A stretch of DNA of 64,000 bases from positions 32,001 through 96,000 of the IMG/VR virus record IMGVR_UViG_3300013121_000039. The stretch is one strand, 5' to 3'. This DNA is from a virus. Its lineage: Duplodnaviria; Caudoviricetes. The notes beneath the pieces are model-generated. The model ran no database searches. It was not told where the DNA came from and saw only the letters and a program-made list of their open reading frames with translations. This document shows positions 20,301 to 29,464 of this stretch, piece after piece; position 1 is the first letter of the stretch, and each line of letters opens with the position of its first letter. Position numbers and translations under genes: made by a program.

Positions 20301-23300
20301 GATGGGGCCCTTGTTCTGGGTGTCGCCGACGAAGATCGGGTTGGGCAGTGGTTCGGAGAGCTTGAAGTGGCTCCACCGATCCCCCTCGGTCCCGACGATG
20401 GCCGGGTCGAAGAAACCGCCCTTCTCGGGCTTCACGCTTCTGGCGATCAGGAGCCCGGCCGTCTTCACCTCGTTCGCCCCAGCGAGCCTCAGGAGGTTCT
20501 TGTCCCCCATCGGCAAGAGCCGGAGGTGGGACCCGTTCTTCTGGACATCGACCCCGAGCCCCTTGAGCAGCCCCTCGAACTTCTGGAAGGCGAACGGGAC
20601 CTTCGGGGTCCCAGGCTCGTGCCCCTCCTGGATCATCGACCAGAAGTCCTCTGACTGCTTGTCGGACTTGTAGGACGCCATCTCGCGCAGCACGTTGCGC
20701 GCGTTGTGTCCGAGGAGGGAGTAGACCTCCAGGGCACCGAAGCCTTGGCCGCTCTGCGGCCCGCCCCTGACTGGCTGGTTGTCCTGGTCGTACTTGTAGC
20801 CCTGAGGAGCTCGTCCCGGGGCTCCGAGGTCGGAGCCGCCGCCGCGGACGAAGAGCTTCTTCTCGACCTGGTGCTTCAGCTTGATGATGTGCTGAGGTCC
20901 GACGAGGACCGACCCCAGAGGTCTGCGCGAGTCCTTCGGATCGAAGACCTGCTCCTCGTCCGTGAGCCCGTGCTTCTTGAGGTCCTCCTCCACCTGCTTG
21001 CGGTAGTCGTGGTTCGCGCCGGCGAAGTTGTCGACGAGGTAGGTCTTCCCCGTCTTCTCCGCGATCTTGGCCGCGGCCGTCTCCAGGACCTGTCCGACGT
21101 TGATGCGGGTCGGCACGCCGGACGGGTTGAGGATGACGTCGAGGGGCTTCTTCTTCCCCTCATGCGTCGTGTATGGCATCTCGTCGTCCGGCAGGATCAT
21201 CGTGATGATGCCCTTGTTGCCGTGCCGGCCCGAGAGCTTGTCGCCGATCTCGGCCTTCTCCTCCGTCTTCACGAAGACGCGGACCGACTTCCCGTTGGGG
21301 CTCTTCACCACCCGGGTCACCACCCCCGGCCGGTCCTCGTCCCAGGTGAGGGACTTGTCCTTCCAGATGTTGGTGAGCTTGGTGTCGAACCGCTTGGCGG
21401 CGTCGAGCGCCTTCTCCAGGTTCGGGGTGACGCAGGTGGCCAGCACCTGACCGGGGAGGACGCGCGCCCCCTCCTTGATCACCCCATCATCGTCGAGCGC
21501 CTTCCAGTGCTCCGGCGTCATGCTCTCCGCCCGACGAGAGGCGTTGGCCTTCCAGACGCTCTTGCTGGTCCGATCCTCCTTGGGATCGATGTCGAGATGG
21601 AGCTTGTGGAGATGCTCCGAAGTCAGCCGCTCCGAGGCGCTCTGTGAGATGACGATGCCGTCCTCGAAGTTGTAGCCCTTGTACGGCAGGTAGCCCACGC
21701 GCAGGTTGGTCCCGAGCGCGAGCTGGCCGTTGCGGGTGAAGTTCGTGTCCGCGACCCGCTGGCCCGCCTTCACCTCGTCCCCCACCGCCACCGTCGGCGA
21801 CGAGTGCAGCATGGTCGTCGGGTCGTTGAGCGGGAAGTGGTTGTAGAGATGGACGACGTGCTCCTTCCCGCCCTCGTTGATGTGGATGGCGTCAGGAGTG
21901 ACCTTCGACACCTTCCCGGCGACCTTGGAGGTGTGGGAGGCGAAGGAGGTCCCGATCAGCTTCTCGAAGGTGTTCTCCGGGTTCGCTGGGTTCACCACCG
22001 ACTGCACGAGAGGCGCTTCCCGGTGCTTCAGGGAGATGGCCTGCTCCATCTGCTTGTCGGCCATCGACGCCCGGTTACCTTGATCGGTGGGCAGGAAGGG
22101 GATGAGGTTGGAGGCGTAGCTGAACATGCCCTTGGCGGAGGGCATGATGAAGTGGGCCTCGGAGAAGGGCCTCTTCTCGATGTCGCCGCCAGGGAGCTTG
22201 ACCTTCACCTCCTTGGCGATGGGGACCGGCTTGCCTCCGGTGAACTTCACCTGGTCAGGCAAGACCACCATGGCGGTGTGGAACTCCGGCACGGAGACGC
22301 TGCGGAGCTTGCCGGTCTTGAGGTCGTAGACCTGGGTCTTGAGCTCGTTGTTCTCCTTGCGGACCGCTGACCCGAGGTGGAGCGTGATACCCGTCCGCTC
22401 CGACTCCGGGGTGTGCATCGGGTCGAGGAACCCAAAGTGGGATGGGTTCACGGTCTGCATCTCGGCGCCGAGCGTGTCGGGGCTCTTGATGCCGCCGAAG
22501 TCCTTGGAGATGAGGGTCGTCTTGAAGTTGGCCGAGAGCATCTGCACGGGGTTGGTCTGCTCCCCGCGCTCTGCCACGCCACTGCCCTTCGAGAAGAACT
22601 CCCGGATCGGCCGGTTGAAGACCTCACCGCCGAGGAGGATCTCGGAGGCCGAGTTCTTGTGGCTCAGGGTGGCTCGCACCTTCTGGACGATCTGGTTCCG
22701 GCTCTTGCCGAGCTTCTCCGGCAGGTAGTCCTCGATGTGGGCCACTTCCTTGAAGATGAGGCTGTCCCGGTCGTCCGGCTCGACCTCCTTGCGCTCCAGC
22801 TTGATGAGCTTGTGGACAGAGGCCAGCAGAGCCCCGCCGGTCACCTTCGAGAAGGGGGTGCCGAGCGTCACCCGGGTCGTGTCAGGGAGAAGCTCCGTCT
22901 CGTCGAAGTACTTGTAGACGTGCTCCTTCACCTGCTCCGGCGTGGGGGACGACAGCTCGCCGCCCGTCTTCTCGTAGAACTTCCGAAGCGTCCGGTCGAC
23001 GGCTTCAGGGGCAGCGATCCGGTTGGCTGCGAAGACCTGCTTGCCCCAGGTCTGCTCCATCTCGTCGTCGGACACGCCCATGACCTTCATGAGCGGGTAG
23101 ACGGGGATGTGGGCCCCACCGCCGTGGGGCGTGAACTGGATGAGGCTCTTCTTCCTGTCGAGCTCCAGCGTGAAGTTCTTGTGGCCGCCCTTGCGCAGCA
23201 TGAACTCCGAGGCCAGGTCGCCGTTGCGACGGACCTTGGTGTAGACGCCGGAGCGCAGCTTGAGCAGGTGGTCGACCTGGTACTCCCCTCCATCGACGAT

Positions 23301-23600
23301 GAAGGAGAAGCGCGAGGTCATCTTGGGTACCTTCGCGACCTGGAGCGTGGAGGGGCGGCCGACCGGCTTCCCGGTCAGGTTGTCGACCAGTTGGACCGTC
23401 GCCTTGATGGGGATGCCCCAGGTCTGGTCGTGGTCCTTGGCGTGGACCTGGCTGGCGATGTCGTTCGGGTCGAGGTTGTCCTCCGCCCAGATCTTCAGGA
23501 GCTCCAGAGAGCGGTTCCTGGACTTGAAGTGGGGGAAGAGTTCCTGGACCTTCTCGATGACGTTCTGCGTGAGATTCGTCATCTTGGCGTCGGAAGCCAC
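17319..23600 (-). CDS. rpoBC: DNA-directed RNA polymerase, fused beta-beta' single chain
   Basis: beta motifs GYNFEDG, GDKLSGRHGNKG, NPSGVPTRIN, KLKH; beta' motifs VLPPKFRP, RDPALH, catalytic NADFDGD, GARKG, trigger loop GEPATQLAMDAFHSGG; AGGAG RBS. Confidence 0.97.
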   Translation of the reverse strand: MASDAKMTNLTQNVIEKVQELFPHFKSRNRSLELLKIWAEDNLDPNDIASQVHAKDHDQTWGIPIKATVQLVDNLTGKPVGRPSTLQVAKVPKMTSRFSFIVDGGEYQVDHLLKLRSGVYTKVRRNGDLASEFMLRKGGHKNFTLELDRKKSLIQFTPHGGGAHIPVYPLMKVMGVSDDEMEQTWGKQVFAANRIAAPEAVDRTLRKFYEKTGGELSSPTPEQVKEHVYKYFDETELLPDTTRVTLGTPFSKVTGGALLASVHKLIKLERKEVEPDDRDSLIFKEVAHIEDYLPEKLGKSRNQIVQKVRATLSHKNSASEILLGGEVFNRPIREFFSKGSGVAERGEQTNPVQMLSANFKTTLISKDFGGIKSPDTLGAEMQTVNPSHFGFLDPMHTPESERTGITLHLGSAVRKENNELKTQVYDLKTGKLRSVSVPEFHTAMVVLPDQVKFTGGKPVPIAKEVKVKLPGGDIEKRPFSEAHFIMPSAKGMFSYASNLIPFLPTDQGNRASMADKQMEQAISLKHREAPLVQSVVNPANPENTFEKLIGTSFASHTSKVAGKVSKVTPDAIHINEGGKEHVVHLYNHFPLNDPTTMLHSSPTVAVGDEVKAGQRVADTNFTRNGQLALGTNLRVGYLPYKGYNFEDGIVISQSASERLTSEHLHKLHLDIDPKEDRTSKSVWKANASRRAESMTPEHWKALDDDGVIKEGARVLPGQVLATCVTPNLEKALDAAKRFDTKLTNIWKDKSLTWDEDRPGVVTRVVKSPNGKSVRVFVKTEEKAEIGDKLSGRHGNKGIITMILPDDEMPYTTHEGKKKPLDVILNPSGVPTRINVGQVLETAAAKIAEKTGKTYLVDNFAGANHDYRKQVEEDLKKHGLTDEEQVFDPKDSRRPLGSVLVGPQHIIKLKHQVEKKLFVRGGGSDLGAPGRAPQGYKYDQDNQPVRGGPQSGQGFGALEVYSLLGHNARNVLREMASYKSDKQSEDFWSMIQEGHEPGTPKVPFAFQKFEGLLKGLGVDVQKNGSHLRLLPMGDKNLLRLAGANEVKTAGLLIARSVKPEKGGFFDPAIVGTEGDRWSHFKLSEPLPNPIFVGDTQNKGPIPSLIGLKHPNFSVSDVDAVVTGKQQLNGKTGGAAIRDALKEIDVDASIKMIREQIGSKRGNKRDQYNRSLKYLLALKEAGLQPHEAYVMHNVPVLPPKFRPVAMTNYGDVAKSSLNNHYRNVFLLNEKLRELPVDRFGPEPGSMVRTSLWNGLKALQSVGSYDPIYDKDAAEKRPLKGILEVIGGDQPKTGYFQSRLVKRRQDLSIRSVIIPEPTLHLDEVGLPGHAAMELYKPFVIAHLHTKLGYTPEEALEAMQSKAPHALKALDAVMADRPLLLKRDPALHKFSVMAFRPKVVEGKAIKIHPLVTGGFNADFDGDTMAGTVPISREAVEEAKGMFPSKNLFSPTTFGPMHVPNQEFMLGLHLISKWGSDTGKNFKTIAEMKKAHDSGQLQMTDVVHLQGAKGPTTLGRLLIAEKMPRGFSKNETLLHDPNYVVSKGTLHGLVEEVARKHPDHFDSAVNHLKDLGTDQSFKHGFSIGLKDFATIPERDRIIHEYEQGAQKMKASIKDRKQLSKALEAHWTEATQKLDAATKKVGSDNRLATMVHSGARGKQNQLRQMIAAPMLVKDSAGRTVLSPITKSYGEGLDLGDYWLAQHGARKGTLDRASGTKEPGTMTKDIINSTIATLITSDDCKTHNGISMSLDHEDIHDRFLAKEYGQHRAGTLLTPDVVNGLKKLLGPKKEVQVRSPLRCQHGEGICAKCFGLNENGKLHSVGTNIGVLAGQALGEPATQLAMDAFHSGGVASGRGGSSTSKIERLKQILKMPEILRGSAVLAKTEGPILSIKPAPGLGGHDVNIGGVLHHLRPDEMREGLTVGMQIRKGQSLSHEGAPVHPRELLHITKDMKDVQRLLTDELYGKLYKDQSVRQRNVELVVRALTNYTRVKDPGHSHWEVGDIVPHSVVEEHNRELKGAKAKPVLHEPFLKGSENIPRFSEDWMARLNYQRLGETIQRGAGMGWKSDIHGSHPIPGLAYGAEFGKAPKPAPGAKPKPYVY

Positions 23601-23688
23601 GAGTACTCCTAGCGCCTGGCGGTCGGCGTTATGTCGAACGGCCCTCTCTCCTCGCCACTGGAGATCTCCGAGCCTGGGCAGCGGTCCG

Positions 23689-23718
23689 AGGATACAGGCG
23701 GGCCGTCTGGGATGGCAA
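23689..23718 (-). promoter_or_regulatory. Sigma70-type promoter for the RNAP operon
   Basis: TTGCCA-N18-TATCCT with TG directly 5' of the -10 hexamer. Confidence 0.55.
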
Positions 23719-23720
23719 TC

Positions 23721-23753
23721 GAAAGTCGTGTCAGAACGACGGCATAAGAAGAG
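23721..23753 (+). promoter_or_regulatory. Putative phage-RNAP promoter GAAAG-N18-ATAAG
   Basis: CGGCATAAGAAGAGAA is identical to the copy near 31342. Confidence 0.6.
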
Positions 23754-23800
23754 AAGCAGGAGTTCCTCAGTTCACCTCTCACTTTTTGGAGCAAGTCACG

Positions 23801-23932
23801 ATGACGACCGGCAAGAGCACCACCGACTTCGAGGATGAGGTCCACGACGCCTTGCTGGGGGGCCTGGTCGAGGATGATCAGGAAGAAGAAGAAGACGTGG
23901 AAGACGGGGATAAGAAGGAAGAGGAGGAGTAG
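23801..23932 (+). CDS. 43-aa very acidic peptide
   Basis: GGAG RBS; MTTGKSTTDFEDEVHDALLGGLVEDDQEEEEDVEDGDKKEEE; below the ORF-track size cutoff. Confidence 0.6.
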   Translation: MTTGKSTTDFEDEVHDALLGGLVEDDQEEEEDVEDGDKKEEEE

Positions 23933-24052
23933 ATGGGTCTTTTCTTCGCGGCATTCGTGGCGTCGTTTTGCGGGTACTTCCTGATGCGGGCGGGGATGGA
24001 GATCTTCCGCGTCCAGCAGGAGGAGGCCTGGCGGCAAGCGCAGGGAGCGTAG
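23933..24052 (+). CDS. 39-aa membrane peptide
   Basis: GAGGAG RBS; MGLFFAAFVASFCGYFLMRAG...; TAGATG junctions on both sides. Confidence 0.55.
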   Translation: MGLFFAAFVASFCGYFLMRAGMEIFRVQQEEAWRQAQGA

Positions 24053-24481
24053 ATGGAACATCCTGTCCGCGTCGCCTTCTGCAAGATCCTCTTCTGGAAG
24101 AACGGAGGCACGTTCGACGTCAGAGGCATGCCGATCCGGGCGCAGCGGCAGCAGTACATTCGTGGGAAGTGTTCCCAGCCCTACGACTGCGGACAGTGCT
24201 CCCTTCTCCAAGAGTGGCTTGCCTCCCTTAGCGCTGCCGGATGGCAGTGGGGGTGGGAGTGCGACGCCTGTCTCAAGGAGACGCTGGGGCAAGATCGAGC
24301 CGCCGGGACCGAGAGGTTCGTGCAGGGCTACTACCAGGCCGGCCGCAAGGCAGACCTCTCGCCGGACGACCCCGACTTCGACCCAGACCGTCCTCAGCTC
24401 GAAGGCTGCACCAGGTGCGGCTGGGAGAGCTCCTTCTTGCAACTCGTGCTCAGGAGGCTTCCCCCTCAAGCATCCCCATGA
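24053..24481 (+). CDS. Cys-rich hypothetical protein
   Basis: CGQC, CDAC and CTRC motifs. Confidence 0.65.
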   Translation: MEHPVRVAFCKILFWKNGGTFDVRGMPIRAQRQQYIRGKCSQPYDCGQCSLLQEWLASLSAAGWQWGWECDACLKETLGQDRAAGTERFVQGYYQAGRKADLSPDDPDFDPDRPQLEGCTRCGWESSFLQLVLRRLPPQASP

Positions 24482-24843
24482 CCAGCTACTACCAATCAAT
24501 CTTCCCAGGGCACCAGTCGTCCGACCTCAAGACCGCAGAAGGAGAGCCGATCTACACCGGGCCGTACACCGCCGCCCAGGCTCCGTTCCTGGAGTGTGCA
24601 GCTTGCGGCGGTGCCATCACCGTAGGGCAGCGGGTGACGCTGGTCCAAGAGGTGATGCTGGCCATCACCCACAGCGGGAAGCTGATGTACCTCCCGCTCG
24701 TCGATTTCCCAGAGCAGGCGTTCGTCCACTCCGACTGCTCCTCGGACTTCGCCCACGACCAGATCACGAAGGAGCCGTGCGAGAAGGACGAGGACACGTA
24801 CTGCGCTGGCTGCGAGGTCAAGCTAGGAGGTGAGTCTGAGTGA
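24478..24843 (+). CDS. Zn-finger hypothetical protein
   Basis: ATGA overlap; CAAC, HSDC and CAGC motifs. Confidence 0.65.
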   Translation: MTSYYQSIFPGHQSSDLKTAEGEPIYTGPYTAAQAPFLECAACGGAITVGQRVTLVQEVMLAITHSGKLMYLPLVDFPEQAFVHSDCSSDFAHDQITKEPCEKDEDTYCAGCEVKLGGESE

Positions 24844-24860
24844 GCCTGTCCGCCGAGTAG

Positions 24861-25079
24861 ATGCGCGAGCCCCTCACCGAAGAGGACATGGACGACCTCG
24901 TCGACTACCTGACCTCGCTCTCGGACACGGTGAAGGGGTACTTCGACCGGATGCGCACCCAGACCCAGGGCAACTCGCCGATCTCCGACACCCTGTGGGC
25001 CTCGCACTGCGCCCTCAACCAGGAGGTGGACCGTCTCACAACGCTTCGGCGCAGCTACGTCTGGCCGAAGGGGAAGTAG
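24861..25079 (+). CDS. Hypothetical protein
   Basis: 72-aa helical ORF. Confidence 0.6.
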   Translation: MREPLTEEDMDDLVDYLTSLSDTVKGYFDRMRTQTQGNSPISDTLWASHCALNQEVDRLTTLRRSYVWPKGK

Positions 25080-25080
25080 G

Positions 25081-25110
25081 AGAAGGGCCAAGGTTGGCCC
25101 TTCTTTAGCT
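25081..25110 (+). terminator. Hairpin + TTAGC terminator
   Basis: agaagggcca / tggcccttct followed by TTAGCT. Confidence 0.6.
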
Positions 25111-25111
25111 C

Positions 25112-27232
25112 CTAGACGCCGGTCGAGGCGATGCGGCGGGTCGGCTTCTGCTGCGGCTGCGGACTCTGGATCGCGTCGAGTGGGTTCTCCTGCGAGCCAC
25201 GCTGCTGGTTCAGGATCTGGAGGACCAGCGAGCCGAGCTGCGGGTTGCCCATGCGGAGCTTGTTGAGCTCCATGTTGGCCTGCATGGGCCCCTGCTCCTT
25301 CTCGATCTTCTCGATCTGGTTGGCGGCCCGCTTGGCGAGGTACTGGAGGTTGTAGCCGCCGCCCTTCTGCCCCATCTGGAGCGGGGACTGCATCGCCTCC
25401 GGGAGCCCTTCCTGCGGCGCCTGCTGTGCGTTCTCCGGCGAGACCGTCGTGCCCTCGGGCATGGACGGGTCGACCTGCTGCCCGTCGATCATCTCTCCCT
25501 GGGCCCCGCTGGCCGGGGTGGGCTGGCCCATGGCCCCGGGCGGGCCCTGCTGACCGCCCTCGGCTCCCTGCTGACCGCCCATCATGGCGTCGAGCCCGCC
25601 GGCGCCGGCCGCGGCATCCCCACCGACCCCCATCTGCTGCCCGCCGTTGGCTGCCTGCGCCTCGGCCTGGGCCTTCATCATCATCTCCTGGCTCTTGGCC
25701 GCGTAGCGGCCCTGGACCAGGGAGACCTCGCCCATGATGCCGGCCTGTGCCAGCTGCTGCTTGCGCATGATGGCCAGCTGGCGGTCCATCTCCTTCTGCC
25801 GACGCTCGTCCTCGACCCCCGCCTCGAAGTCGCACTCGCTGAGGAGGGTCTGGTCGGAGATCTTCTGCGCCTGGTTGAGCTGGAAGTGGAAGGCCATCCG
25901 CTGGAGGTCGTCCGCCATCTTGAAGCGCTTCATGTGCGCCCTGACCACGGGCCACTCCATGAAGTCGGCGATGCGCCGGATGACGAAGTTGTTGAGCATG
26001 TTCTCGTGGTCCTGGCGGTACCCGATGAACATGTTCTCCAGCATTCGCATCGAGACGTTCGAGCCGGAGTACTGCATGCCGCCGAAGATGAACTCCTCGG
26101 GCACGCCCATGCCGGCCACGATGTGGCGGCTCCAGACCTCCATCTCCTGGTAGAGGCCGAGCGCCTTCCCGTCACCGCCGATGGTCTCGTTGCCGATGGG
26201 CAGTGGCAGGATGGGGATGTAGTTGTTGTCGTACTTCCACTTGGCGATCTCGGTCTCGATGCGGCCCTTCCAGGCGTTGAGGTCGACCGTGGTGTACGGG
26301 TCTGAGGTGCTGGACCCCGCCTGCGGGAAGAGCACGCGCAGCGGCACGATGTGCTCTTGCGCGATGGTCTCCTGGGCCTTGCGGAGCACCTGGAGGTAGA
26401 AGGTGTCCTTCAGCACCGGCATGATGAGCGGCATGCCCCAGCCGTTGTCCTTCTGACTGATGATGGGGCGCCGCATCACGAAAACGTTGTCGTCGGTGAA
26501 GCGGATGTACTTGTTGCGCCGCAGGGCCTCGACGAAGACGTCGGAGACCGTGTCGAGGACAGTCTTCTTGCCGAGGATGAGGTCGTTCTTGAGCTGGAGC
26601 GGAAGCTCGAAGGTGTAGACGGGGTCCGCGCCGCCGAAGCCCGGGTCGACGTTGAGGTACTCCGGATTCCAGCGCATGAGCCGGATCCGGCGGTAGTCGC
26701 GCTCGAAGAAGTCGAGGACGGTGGCCGGCCCTTCGTGGTGGCACTTGTCGCAGGCGAGGATGTACTCCAGGTTGCGCCACTTGTAGTGGACCGCGGACGC
26801 CTTGTGCCGGTGCTTGCAGGCCTTGCAGATGAGCCACTTCGTGAACGGGAAGTGGATGGTCACCACCACGATCCCGTAGGTGTAGAAGTCGAGGCCGCAC
26901 TCGATCTGGAAGGCGCGGTAGCGCAGGTGCTGGCCCAGCACTTCTTCCCACTTCTGCCTGACCTCGTTCTTCGTCTCGTCGATGACGATCTCCGTCACCG
27001 GGTACTCGCTCATCTTGTGGATGGTGGTGTTGATGAGCGGGTTGACGAGGTAGTAGTAGCGGCACCACCTGAGCAGCGCCTTCATCGACGGCGGCAGGTA
27101 GGTGTGCGCGATGTCGAAGAAGGGGGATGGGTAGCGGACACCGCTTCTGTTGGTCCCGTCGGCAGTGCGGCCGCGCTGCCCGGAGAACCGAGCTGCGCCG
27201 GAGGCACCCAACGAGAGAGAGTCCATGCTCAT
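25112..27232 (-). CDS. Portal protein
   Basis: Portal-like layout (YYYLVNPLI, FYTYG, WGMPLI, IVAGMGVPEEFI); CKAC/CDKC insert; long Q/G/P/M-rich tail. Confidence 0.75.
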   Translation of the reverse strand: MSMDSLSLGASGAARFSGQRGRTADGTNRSGVRYPSPFFDIAHTYLPPSMKALLRWCRYYYLVNPLINTTIHKMSEYPVTEIVIDETKNEVRQKWEEVLGQHLRYRAFQIECGLDFYTYGIVVVTIHFPFTKWLICKACKHRHKASAVHYKWRNLEYILACDKCHHEGPATVLDFFERDYRRIRLMRWNPEYLNVDPGFGGADPVYTFELPLQLKNDLILGKKTVLDTVSDVFVEALRRNKYIRFTDDNVFVMRRPIISQKDNGWGMPLIMPVLKDTFYLQVLRKAQETIAQEHIVPLRVLFPQAGSSTSDPYTTVDLNAWKGRIETEIAKWKYDNNYIPILPLPIGNETIGGDGKALGLYQEMEVWSRHIVAGMGVPEEFIFGGMQYSGSNVSMRMLENMFIGYRQDHENMLNNFVIRRIADFMEWPVVRAHMKRFKMADDLQRMAFHFQLNQAQKISDQTLLSECDFEAGVEDERRQKEMDRQLAIMRKQQLAQAGIMGEVSLVQGRYAAKSQEMMMKAQAEAQAANGGQQMGVGGDAAAGAGGLDAMMGGQQGAEGGQQGPPGAMGQPTPASGAQGEMIDGQQVDPSMPEGTTVSPENAQQAPQEGLPEAMQSPLQMGQKGGGYNLQYLAKRAANQIEKIEKEQGPMQANMELNKLRMGNPQLGSLVLQILNQQRGSQENPLDAIQSPQPQQKPTRRIASTGV

Positions 27233-27235
27233 GCG

Positions 27236-27940
27236 CTAGTCCCTGAGGCCTTGGGGTGGGGGCGGCAGCGAAGGAGGATGCGCCGGCTTGGGCCGGACGC
27301 CGCGGAGCTTGTCGACGGCCGCGCCGGCCGTGTCACCGATCTTGCTGCCGACCATCGACGAGAGCAGGCCTCCGGTGAATCCGAATGGGGCACCGATGAT
27401 ACCCCCAGCCTGGTCTCCGGCGAAGCGAAGAGCTCGCCTCACCCGGCTGTGGCCCTGGCCAGAGGGGTCCTCTCGCTTGAGGACGTCCCTGGTCCCGGTG
27501 AGCAGACCGTACCCCATCAGCGCCTTCCATGGCAGGCTGAGTGGCTGCCCGCCAGGCCGCCAGGTGGACTCCCACCCCTTCTGGAAGCTCTTCTTGGGAG
27601 ACGCCCAGGCCGCGGTCGCCTTGCCCAGGTTCTTCCCGACCCCCTCGGCCTGGTTCCGGACGAACCGCGTCGCCCGGCTGCCGAAGGCCTGGGCCTGCCC
27701 AGCAGCCTGCCCCATGTCGAAGGCCGTCTTCACGTTGCCGACGTGGGCCTTCTTCACCTTGTCGCCGAAGGCGCACTTCCCACAGGGCCCGTGGTAGCTG
27801 CGCAGGTCTCTCGTCGACCCGCACTCGTCGCATCGCGGCTTGTGGAGCTTCCCACAGTCCGGACACGTGATGATGCGCGCGACCTTCGTCTTGGAGATCT
27901 GGTCGACCTCGTCGAGGAAGGAGAGCAGGTCCGGGATCAC
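27236..27940 (-). CDS. Putative internal protein with Zn ribbon and glycine zipper
   Basis: GTG at 27940 overlaps the upstream stop; LLSFLDEVDQISKTKVA leader; CPDC/CDEC/CGKC; VKTAF. Confidence 0.65.
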   Translation of the reverse strand: MIPDLLSFLDEVDQISKTKVARIITCPDCGKLHKPRCDECGSTRDLRSYHGPCGKCAFGDKVKKAHVGNVKTAFDMGQAAGQAQAFGSRATRFVRNQAEGVGKNLGKATAAWASPKKSFQKGWESTWRPGGQPLSLPWKALMGYGLLTGTRDVLKREDPSGQGHSRVRRALRFAGDQAGGIIGAPFGFTGGLLSSMVGSKIGDTAGAAVDKLRGVRPKPAHPPSLPPPPQGLRD

Positions 27941-28878
27941 GAGGCCCCCAGCCAGCTCTTCAGGTTGGTGATCTGCTCCGCGAGCTGCTTGCGGCGCAGG
28001 TTCATGTAGTCCCTGGCCAGGAGCAGCTTCGCGCACTGCATGTCCTCCCGGCTCTCGGAGTGGGGCTGGAACTCCCGGAAGGACATCCCCTTCACCTCGT
28101 CCCACCGCTTGGCGATGGGCTCCCAGTCGAAGCGGGGGGCGGCCACGACGTTCTTGCCCATCCCGGCCCGCAGCTTCTCCGGCAGCGGCTGCATGGAGAG
28201 CTTCTGGGTCGGGTTCATCCGGTCGGTGCAGTTGGAGCAGACTCCGTCGTGGAAGAGCGCCAGCTCCGTGTTGCCGCAGTCCTTGCAGAGGTAGTGCGGC
28301 TGCGCCACCTCCATCTGGATGAAGTCGAGCGGCGGCGGGACGTAGAAGATGTCCTCGTCCAGCACCGTCGCCGCCATGTAGAGCTTCACCTCGTCCTCGA
28401 ACTCCTGCTCCTTGTTGATGGTCTGGAGCATGTCGACGGAGGCGTACAGCTCTGGGAGCGAGAGCTTCTGGAGATGCTGGAAGTCCGGGAAGTTGCTGTT
28501 GAGCGCCTGGGCCACCTTCTCGAAGATGTTCCACCTCTTCCAGGGCCACTTGGAGACGTGGACCACTTGGAGGGCGCGGATCTTGTGGCGGCAGAGCTCG
28601 GAGAGCTGTGTGGAGAAGCTCTCCTGAATCTCGAACCAGGTGGTCTCCGGCGTCCACCTGAACCAGTCTTCCTGGAAGCTCTTCTGGAGGGCGAAGTCGA
28701 GAACCACCGGGTGCGCGTCGGGGTGGGTGAAGAGGTTGCGGAGCGTGACAGGCTTCGTGGACTCCGGCTCCCCCTTGCGGTAGGCCGCGTCCTCTTCGGG
28801 ACTGCCTTCGGTGGGAGCCGTCGGGGCCTTCGTCTCCAGCGCCTTCAGGCTGGTCGCCAGCGTCTCCTCGGGTGTCAT
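27937..28878 (-). CDS. Hypothetical protein with Zn ribbon
   Basis: 313 aa; CKDC and CSNC motifs. Confidence 0.7.
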   Translation of the reverse strand: MTPEETLATSLKALETKAPTAPTEGSPEEDAAYRKGEPESTKPVTLRNLFTHPDAHPVVLDFALQKSFQEDWFRWTPETTWFEIQESFSTQLSELCRHKIRALQVVHVSKWPWKRWNIFEKVAQALNSNFPDFQHLQKLSLPELYASVDMLQTINKEQEFEDEVKLYMAATVLDEDIFYVPPPLDFIQMEVAQPHYLCKDCGNTELALFHDGVCSNCTDRMNPTQKLSMQPLPEKLRAGMGKNVVAAPRFDWEPIAKRWDEVKGMSFREFQPHSESREDMQCAKLLLARDYMNLRRKQLAEQITNLKSWLGAS

Positions 28879-28879
28879 C

Positions 28880-29464
28880 TTACTCCCAGTACTGGCTGGC
28901 TCCGTGCTGGACCACGAAGGGCTGGTGGGTCTGCGGCACCGCGATCGGCTTGGCGATCGGCTGCTTCACCACCCGCTTGGAGACGGCATGCATGGCCGGG
29001 TTCTGGAGCATCTGGGCATCCCCGGCGGCTCGCGGCAGGACCTTGGGAGCCGCGGCCCGCAGACGGGCCGCCGCCGCCCTGGGGTCGACGAGCTTGTTGG
29101 GAGCAGGCGCCGCCTTGGCTGCCTGCCAGGCTCCTTGGAGGGCGCCCTGACGCAGCATGGCCTTCGGATCGATCGTCGCGAGCTTGGGCTTCTTGAACGC
29201 CTTGTAGGCCGAGTGGGCCAGGTGCATCGCCGATGGGGCGGCGAGGATGCCGAGACCTGCGAGCTCGTACTTGGCAGCCTTCCGCTCTTCGGGTGGCGTC
29301 TCCTTCTTCTTGATCTTCCGGAGACGGTGCACGCTCGGGACGGCGAGGACTCCGAGGCCCGCGAGCTCGGCAGCGTGGGTCAGATGTTCGCCGATGGCCG
29401 CCTCCTTCTCCAGCTCGGAGGAGACGGCAGCGGCCAGGGCCCTGAGACGCTGTGGGTGGAGCAT
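28880..29464 (-). CDS. Basic putative internal protein
   Basis: Start MLHPQRLR; VSSELEKEAA motif; duplicated ELAGLG(V/I)LA-PS segment. Confidence 0.65.
   Translation of the reverse strand: MLHPQRLRALAAAVSSELEKEAAIGEHLTHAAELAGLGVLAVPSVHRLRKIKKKETPPEERKAAKYELAGLGILAAPSAMHLAHSAYKAFKKPKLATIDPKAMLRQGALQGAWQAAKAAPAPNKLVDPRAAAARLRAAAPKVLPRAAGDAQMLQNPAMHAVSKRVVKQPIAKPIAVPQTHQPFVVQHGASQYWE

Noticed and set aside
23910-23914. Additional ATAAG copies (also 31486 and in the tRNA-Ile anticodon loop)
   Set aside because: Inside genes and without the upstream box at the 18-nt spacing.
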